Virus genome (UHGV): UHGV-0179596
DNA: 41,620 nucleotides
DNA from: a virus
Reading direction: 5' to 3' (one strand)
Part shown: in pieces, positions 35,438 through 41,620 of the stretch
How the letters are laid out: each line of letters starts with the position of its first letter
Numbering within the stretch: the first letter of the stretch is position 1
The notes under the pieces: generated by a model
What the model was told of the DNA's origin: nothing
The model's input: the letters and a program-made list of their open reading frames with translations, nothing else
The model's database searches: none
Program-made: the position numbers and the translations under genes

Positions 35438-38400
35438 ATGGGTAAAGGCAGCAGTAAGGGGCATACCCCGCGCGAAGCGAAGGACAACCTGAAATCATCC
35501 CAGATGCTGAGCGTGATAGACGCCATCAGCGAAGGGCCGGTTGAAGGTCCGGTGGATGGATTAAAAAGCGTGCTGCTGAACAGTACGCCGGTGCTGGACA
35601 GTGAGGGGAATACCAATATATTCGGCGTCACGGTGGTGTTCCGGGCCGGTGAGCAGGAGCAGACTCCGCCGGAGGGATTTGAATCCTCCGGCTCCGAGAC
35701 GGTGCTCGGTACAGAAGTGAAATATGACACGCCGATCACCCGGACCATCACGTCGGCAAACATTGACCGTCTGCGTTTTACTTTCGGCGTGCAGGCACTG
35801 GTGGAAACCACCTCAAAGGGGGACAGGAATCCATCGGAAGTCCGCCTGCTGGTTCAGATTCAACGTAACGGTGGCTGGGTGACGGAAAAAGACATCACCA
35901 TTAAGGGCAAAACCACGTCGCAGTATCTGGACTCGGTGGTGGTGGATAACCTGCCGCCGCGCCCGTTTAATATCCGGATGCGCAGGATGACGCCGGACAG
36001 CACCACAGACCAGTTGCAGAACAAAACGCTCTGGTCGTCATACACCGAAATCATCGATGTGAAACAGTGCTACCCGAACACGGCACTGGTCGGCGTACAG
36101 GTGGACTCGGAGCAGTTCGGCAGCCAGCAGGTGAGCCGTAATTATCATCTTCGCGGGCGCATTCTGCAGGTGCCGTCGAACTATAACCCGCAGACGCGGC
36201 AATACAGCGGTATCTGGGACGGAACGTTTAAGCCAGCATACAGCAACAACATGGCCTGGTGTCTGTGGGATATGCTGACCCATCCGCGCTACGGCATGGG
36301 GAAACGTCTTGGTGCGGCAGATGTGGATAAATGGGCGCTGTATGTCATCGGCCAGAATTGCGACCAGTCAGTGCCGGACGGCTTTGGCGGCACGGAGCCG
36401 CGCATCACCTGTAATGCGTACCTGACCACACAGCGCAAGGCGTGGGATGTGCTCAGTGATTTTTGCTCGGCGATGCGCTGTATGCCGGTATGGAACGGGC
36501 AGACGCTGACATTCGTGCAGGACCGACCGTCGGATAAGGTGTGGACCTATAACCGCAGTAATGTGGTGATGCCGGATGATGGCGCGCCGTTCCGCTACAG
36601 CTTCAGCGCCCTGAAAGACCGCCATAATGCCGTTGAGGTGAACTGGATTGACCCGGATAACGGCTGGGAGACGGCGACAGAGCTTGTGGAGGACACGCAG
36701 GCCATTGCCCGTTACGGTCGTAACGTCACGAAGATGGATGCCTTTGGCTGTACCAGCCGGGGGCAGGCACACCGCGCCGGGCTGTGGCTGATTAAAACGG
36801 AGCTGCTGGAAACGCAGACCGTGGACTTCAGCGTGGGTGCAGAAGGGCTTCGCCATGTACCGGGCGATGTCATTGAAATCTGTGATGATGACTATGCGGG
36901 GATCAGCATCGGCGGGCGCGTGCTGGCGGTGAACAACCAGACGCGGACACTGACGCTCGACCGTGAAATCACGCTGCCATCCTCCGGCACCACGCTGATA
37001 AGCCTGGCTGACGGACAGGGGAATCCGGTCAGCGTGGAGGTCCAGTCCGTCACCGACGGCGTGAAGGTAAAAGTGAGCCGTGTTCCTGACGGCGTTGCAG
37101 AATACAGCGTGTGGGGGCTGAAGTTGCCAACGTTGCGCCAGCGCCTGTTCCGCTGTGTGAGTATCCGTGAGAACGATGACGGCACGTATGCCATCACTGC
37201 CGTGCAGCATGTACCGGAAAAAGAGGCCATCGTGGATAACGGGGCGCACTTTGACGGCGACCAGAGCGGCACGGTGAATGGTGTCACGCCGCCAGCGGTG
37301 CAGCACCTGACTGCCGAAGTCACCGCAGACAGCGGGGAATATCAGGTGCTGGCGCGCTGGGACACGCCGAAGGTGGTGAAGGGGGTGAGCTTTATGCTTC
37401 GCCTGACCGTGGCAGCGGATGACGGCAGTGAGCGGCTGGTCAGCACGGCCCGGACGACGGAAACCACATACCGCTTCAGGCAACTGGCGCTGGGGAACTA
37501 CAGGCTGACAGTCCGGGCGGTAAATGCGTGGGGGCAGCAGGGCGATCCGGCATCGGTATCGTTCCGGATTGCCGCACCGGCAGCGCCGTCGCAGATTGAG
37601 CTGACACCGGGGTATTTTCAGATAACCGCCACGCCGCATCTTGCGGTTTATGATCCGACGGTACAGTTTGAGTTCTGGTTCTCGGAAAAGCGGATTGCGG
37701 ATATCAGGCAGGTTGAAACCACAGCACGCTATCTTGGCACGGCGCTGTACTGGATAGCCGCCAGTATCAATATCAAACCGGGCCATGATTATTATTTTTA
37801 CATCCGCAGTGTGAACACCGTTGGCAAATCGGCATTTGTGGAGGCTGTTGGCCAGCCGAGTGATGATGCATCCGGCTATCTGAATTTTTTCAAAGGAGAG
37901 ATAGGGAAAACCCATCTGGCTCAGGAGTTGTGGACGCAGATTGATAACGGTCAGCTTGCGCCTGACCTGGCTGAAATCAGGACGTCCATTACGGGTGTCA
38001 GCAATGAAATCACGCAGACCGTCAATAAGAAACTGGAAGACCAGAGTGCAGCGATCCAGCAGATACAGAAGGTTCAGGTTGATACAAATAATAACCTGAA
38101 CAGCATGTGGGCTGTGAAGCTGCAGCAGATGCAGGACGGACGCCTTTATATCGCGGGTATTGGTGCCGGTGTTGAGAATACTCCTGACGGTATGCAGAGT
38201 CAGGTGCTGCTGGCGGCGGACAGGATTGCGATGATTAATCCTGCGAATGGCAACACAAAGCCGATGTTTGTTGGGCAGGGCGATCAGATATTCATGAACG
38301 AAGTGTTCCTGAAATATCTGACGGCTCCCACCATTACCAGCGGTGGCAATCCCCCAACGTTTTCACTGACACCTGATGGTCGACTTTCTGCGAAAAATGC

Positions 38401-38920
38401 GGATATCAGCGGTAACGTGAACGCGAACTCCGGGACGCTCAACAACGTCACGATTAATCAGAACTGTCGGATTCTGGGAAAACTGTCAGCTAACCAGATT
38501 GAAGGTGATATTGTCAAAACGGTGGGAAAAGCCTTTCCGAGAAATGGCAGTTATGCCAGCGGTACAATAACGGTCACTGTGTACGATGACCAGGCTTTTG
38601 ACCGTCAGATAGTAGTCCCCCCCGTTCTGTTTCGTGGGGGTAAGCATGAAAACTTCAACAGCAACAACCAACAGTCATACTGGTATTCAACCTGTAAGCT
38701 GCAGGTACTGAAGAACGGACAGGAAATCTTTCAGCAACCCGCGACGGATGTCAGCAGGGTATTTTCATCAGTCATTGATATGCCTGCCGGACACGGCCAT
38801 GTCACCCTGACTTTCAATGTTTCTTCATATGGTGCTAATAACTGGACGCCAACGACCAGTATCAGCGACCTTCTTGTTGTTGTGATGAAGAAATCTACAG
38901 CCGGTATCAGTATCAGTTGA
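35438..38920 (+). CDS. J: Central tail fiber / host specificity protein J
   Basis: 1160-aa ORF collinear with lambda gpJ for about 1000 residues; C-terminal receptor-binding part diverges in places. Confidence 0.95.
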   Translation: MGKGSSKGHTPREAKDNLKSSQMLSVIDAISEGPVEGPVDGLKSVLLNSTPVLDSEGNTNIFGVTVVFRAGEQEQTPPEGFESSGSETVLGTEVKYDTPITRTITSANIDRLRFTFGVQALVETTSKGDRNPSEVRLLVQIQRNGGWVTEKDITIKGKTTSQYLDSVVVDNLPPRPFNIRMRRMTPDSTTDQLQNKTLWSSYTEIIDVKQCYPNTALVGVQVDSEQFGSQQVSRNYHLRGRILQVPSNYNPQTRQYSGIWDGTFKPAYSNNMAWCLWDMLTHPRYGMGKRLGAADVDKWALYVIGQNCDQSVPDGFGGTEPRITCNAYLTTQRKAWDVLSDFCSAMRCMPVWNGQTLTFVQDRPSDKVWTYNRSNVVMPDDGAPFRYSFSALKDRHNAVEVNWIDPDNGWETATELVEDTQAIARYGRNVTKMDAFGCTSRGQAHRAGLWLIKTELLETQTVDFSVGAEGLRHVPGDVIEICDDDYAGISIGGRVLAVNNQTRTLTLDREITLPSSGTTLISLADGQGNPVSVEVQSVTDGVKVKVSRVPDGVAEYSVWGLKLPTLRQRLFRCVSIRENDDGTYAITAVQHVPEKEAIVDNGAHFDGDQSGTVNGVTPPAVQHLTAEVTADSGEYQVLARWDTPKVVKGVSFMLRLTVAADDGSERLVSTARTTETTYRFRQLALGNYRLTVRAVNAWGQQGDPASVSFRIAAPAAPSQIELTPGYFQITATPHLAVYDPTVQFEFWFSEKRIADIRQVETTARYLGTALYWIAASINIKPGHDYYFYIRSVNTVGKSAFVEAVGQPSDDASGYLNFFKGEIGKTHLAQELWTQIDNGQLAPDLAEIRTSITGVSNEITQTVNKKLEDQSAAIQQIQKVQVDTNNNLNSMWAVKLQQMQDGRLYIAGIGAGVENTPDGMQSQVLLAADRIAMINPANGNTKPMFVGQGDQIFMNEVFLKYLTAPTITSGGNPPTFSLTPDGRLSAKNADISGNVNANSGTLNNVTINQNCRILGKLSANQIEGDIVKTVGKAFPRNGSYASGTITVTVYDDQAFDRQIVVPPVLFRGGKHENFNSNNQQSYWYSTCKLQVLKNGQEIFQQPATDVSRVFSSVIDMPAGHGHVTLTFNVSSYGANNWTPTTSISDLLVVVMKKSTAGISIS

Positions 38921-38938
38921 ATTTTATAACCCAGATAC

Positions 38939-38967
38939 GGGCGCCAGAAATGGCGCCTTTTTTATTT
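38939..38967 (+). terminator. Intrinsic terminator after J
   Basis: Hairpin GGCGCCA-GAAA-TGGCGCC followed by T6 between J stop and the tail fiber start. Confidence 0.6.
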
Positions 38968-38978
38968 GTGGAGTGAAT

Positions 38979-41039
38979 ATGGCAGTACAGATTTCAGGCG
39001 TGCTGAAAGACGGTGCAGGAAAACCGATACAGAACTGCACCATTCAGCTCAAAGCAAAACGTAACAGCACCACGGTTGTGGTGAACACGGTGGCCTCAGA
39101 AAATCCGGATGAAGCCGGACGTTACAGCATGGATGTCGAGTATGGCCAGTACAGCGTTATCCTGCTGGTTGAAGGTTTTCCGCCTTCACATGCCGGGGCC
39201 ATCACCGTGTATGAGGATTCTAAGCCGGGGACATTGAATGATTTTCTGGGCGCTGCAACAGAAGATGATGTTCGTCCGGAGGCACTGTATCGTTTTGAAA
39301 AGATGGTGGAAGAGGTGGCACGCAACGCTGAAGCCGCCTCTCAGAGCGCAGCGGCAGCAAAGAAATCAGAAACAGCAGCGGCATCGTCCAGGAATGCGGC
39401 GAAAACATCAGAGACGAATGCAGGTAACAGCGCGAAAGCGGCAGCTTCTTCAAAAACAGCCGCACAAAACGCAGCAACAGCGGCAGAACGTTCAGAGACA
39501 AATGCCCGTGCGTCAGAAGAAGCCTCCGCAGACAGTGAAGAGGCTTCCCGCCGTAATGCAGAGTCAGCCGCTGAAAATGCCGGAGTCGCCACCACAAAAG
39601 CGCGGGAGGCCGCAGCAGACGCAACAAAGGCCGGGCAGAAAAAGGATGAGGCTCTGTCGGCAGCGACACGGGCTGAAAAGGCGGCAGACCGCGCAGAAGT
39701 CGCAGCGGAAGTGACTGCAGAGCCCTATGCGAATATAGTGCCGCCGCTGCCTGATGTGTGGATACCGTTTAACGATTCACTGGATATGATTGCGGGTTTT
39801 TCTCCGGGCTATAAAAAAATAGCTATTGGTGACGATGTGGTTCAGGTCGCCAGTGATAAACAGGTTAATTTCAGTCGCGCATCAACGGCAACATATATCA
39901 ACAAATCTGGCGAACTGAAAACGGCGGAAATTAATGAGCCGCGATTTGAGTGTGATGGCCTGCTTATTGAGGGACAAAGAACGAACTACATGCTCAATTC
40001 GGAAAGTCCAGCCAGCTGGGGGAAGTCATCAAACATGGATGTGCCCGAAACCGGGACAGATAGTTTTGGTTTTACTTATGGAAAGTTTGTCTGCAACGAT
40101 TCTCTGGTTGGGCAAACTTCGGCTATTAATATGGCATCAATTGCTGCAACAAAGTCAGTTGATGTCTCAGGCGATAACAAGTACGTGACAACCTCATGCC
40201 GTTTTAAAACAGAACGACAGGTAAGGTTACGTATACGGTTTGATAAGTATGATGGTAGTGCAACAACTTTTCTTGGCGATGCGTACATTGATACGCAAAC
40301 GCTTGAAATTAATATGACAGGTGGGGCTGCCGGCAGAATTACGGCACGAGTCAGGAAGGATAAGACCACAGGCTGGATTTTTGCAGAGGCAACGATTCAG
40401 GCAATTGATGGTGAGTTAAAAATAGGCTCTCAGATACAGTATTCTCCTGAGCGGGGTGGGGCAACAGTATCTGGTGACTATATTTATCTTGCCACCCCAC
40501 AAGTAGAGAATGGGCCGTGTGTATCATCATTTATTATTTCAGGAGGCAGCGCAACGACAAGAGCCAGTGATTTGGTTAGTATCCCCACCAGAAATAATCT
40601 TTATAAGTTACCATTTACTTTTTTACTTGAGATTCATAAAAACTGGGATATTGCACCAAACGCCGCACCCCGCGTGTGGGATATAGCAGCAGCCAATACC
40701 GGGCAATCAGCAATTGCAGCAATCAACAGAGGTAGTGGTAAGTTATATATGAGTCTGTCAAACCCTTCAGGCTTGTATGTTAATAGCGCAGCGACAGATG
40801 TATTTGCAGAGAAAACCACATTTGGATGTATTGCAAAAGCTGATGGTCACTTTCATGTGGTGACAAATGGTAAAGCGGTTAATGAAGTTTATTGTGAATA
40901 TAATGGTGTGACCGCTGATAAAAATATCCGATTTGGAGGGCAGACGAATACTGGAGAACGACATCTGTTTGGCCATATTCGCAATTTCCGCATATGGCAT
41001 AAAGAATTAAATGACAGGCAATTAAAAGAGGTCGTATGA
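38979..41039 (+). CDS. stf: Side tail fiber: lambda Stf-like N-terminus, Ala-rich repeat shaft, lectin-like (LamG/ConA-like) C-terminus
   Basis: 686-aa reading from MAVQISGVLKDGAGKPIQNCTIQLKAKRNSTTVVVNTV... (lambda Stf N-terminus); Ala/Ser/Glu-rich low-complexity shaft; C-terminus ends GHIRNFRIWHKELNDRQLKEVV, reminiscent of LamG-type jelly-roll domain endings. Confidence 0.85.
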   Translation: MAVQISGVLKDGAGKPIQNCTIQLKAKRNSTTVVVNTVASENPDEAGRYSMDVEYGQYSVILLVEGFPPSHAGAITVYEDSKPGTLNDFLGAATEDDVRPEALYRFEKMVEEVARNAEAASQSAAAAKKSETAAASSRNAAKTSETNAGNSAKAAASSKTAAQNAATAAERSETNARASEEASADSEEASRRNAESAAENAGVATTKAREAAADATKAGQKKDEALSAATRAEKAADRAEVAAEVTAEPYANIVPPLPDVWIPFNDSLDMIAGFSPGYKKIAIGDDVVQVASDKQVNFSRASTATYINKSGELKTAEINEPRFECDGLLIEGQRTNYMLNSESPASWGKSSNMDVPETGTDSFGFTYGKFVCNDSLVGQTSAINMASIAATKSVDVSGDNKYVTTSCRFKTERQVRLRIRFDKYDGSATTFLGDAYIDTQTLEINMTGGAAGRITARVRKDKTTGWIFAEATIQAIDGELKIGSQIQYSPERGGATVSGDYIYLATPQVENGPCVSSFIISGGSATTRASDLVSIPTRNNLYKLPFTFLLEIHKNWDIAPNAAPRVWDIAAANTGQSAIAAINRGSGKLYMSLSNPSGLYVNSAATDVFAEKTTFGCIAKADGHFHVVTNGKAVNEVYCEYNGVTADKNIRFGGQTNTGERHLFGHIRNFRIWHKELNDRQLKEVV

Positions 41040-41314
41040 AAGATTTAACTTTGAAGTTTCATGACAAACTGCAGTTTAAGGCCTTCCTGTCATCTCTTGA
41101 CTGGGAGGAGGATGAAGACCTCCAGAATAAACTGTTAGTCGATGAAATTGGTTTCACCTACACAGAAACAGGGGTAACAGAAGAGGGAGAACCTGTCTGT
41201 GTCCGGAATGACGGTTATTTTGTCAACATTCGCATTCTTGATGACTTGTTTGATGTTTCTGTATTCTCTGATTATGTCGTGGAGCTGGAAACACCGCTTC
41301 GGGAATGGAGCTGA
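41036..41314 (+). CDS. Hypothetical acidic protein downstream of stf
   Basis: 92-aa ORF whose ATG overlaps the stf stop (ATGA); no similarity to lambda Tfa recognised. Confidence 0.5.
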   Translation: MKDLTLKFHDKLQFKAFLSSLDWEEDEDLQNKLLVDEIGFTYTETGVTEEGEPVCVRNDGYFVNIRILDDLFDVSVFSDYVVELETPLREWS

Positions 41315-41326
41315 AAGGAGGAAATA

Positions 41327-41620
41327 ATGGATATAAGCCCCTTACTTCATGCGCTTTGTGCTGTGGCTGCGCAGATACTGGTTGGTCTTTTTACCGGAAA
41401 CTGGGCTTACGGAGCGATAGCCGGTTGTACGTTCTTCATTGCGCGTGAACATACCCAGGCAGAATATCGCTGGATTGAAATGTTCGGGCATGGCAAGCGA
41501 ATGAATATGCCGTGGTGGGGCGGTTTTGATCCGCGAGCTTGGGATGTGGCAAGCCTGATGGATTTTGCTGTGCCGGTGGTGGCGTGTCTGCTGGTCTGGC
41601 TGTTGGTTAATCGTGGGTGA
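41327..41620 (+). CDS. Hypothetical small membrane protein
   Basis: 97-aa ORF with SD AGGAGG; two hydrophobic segments (ALCAVAAQILVGLFTGNWAYGAIAGCTFFIA and FAVPVVACLLVWLLV); stop codon at the window edge. Confidence 0.55.
   Translation: MDISPLLHALCAVAAQILVGLFTGNWAYGAIAGCTFFIAREHTQAEYRWIEMFGHGKRMNMPWWGGFDPRAWDVASLMDFAVPVVACLLVWLLVNRG

Noticed and set aside
36368-37915. 515-aa ORF on the minus strand inside J
   Set aside because: Antisense to a well-supported lambda J homolog in GC-rich DNA; Arg/Pro/His-rich, repetitive translation typical of a spurious antisense frame.
39238-39714. 158-aa plus-strand ORF in an alternate frame within stf
   Set aside because: Alternate reading of the Ala-rich repeat region; extremely basic (Arg/Gln/Lys) low-complexity product.

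Overview
This window is almost an entire lambdoid (lambda-like) prophage of an enterobacterial host, most likely E. coli or Shigella, laid out in prophage order: int-xis, the leftward recombination operon (exo-bet-gam-kil-cIII-ea10-ral), sieB, N, the immunity region, cro-cII-O-P-ren, a nin region with rusA and Q, a lysis cassette, cos, and the head and tail genes through J and a side tail fiber. attL lies left of the window and the right end is not reached. Calls rest on reading the six-frame translations against remembered lambda, P22, phage 21 and DLP12 protein sequences; no searches or identity calculations were run. The phage is mosaic: the recombination, replication, head and tail genes look lambda-like, whereas N looks P22-like, cI/cro/cII have non-lambda DNA-binding parts, and the Q-porin-lysis block looks DLP12/phage-21-like. 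The most interesting feature is an unassigned two-gene cassette (7470..8776, minus strand) sitting exactly where lambda carries rexA-rexB: co-oriented with cI, translationally coupled, closed by its own terminator, and AT-rich by eye. I could not place either protein in a family. Other accessory cargo includes an intact nmpC-type porin between Q and the holin, bor, a TonB-C-like lipoprotein, an orphan adenine methyltransferase, non-lambda genes left of exo, and a tail fiber with a lectin-like C-terminus followed by two small unknown ORFs. Coordinates of terminators, nut sites, iterons and cos were read by eye and may be off by a base or two.
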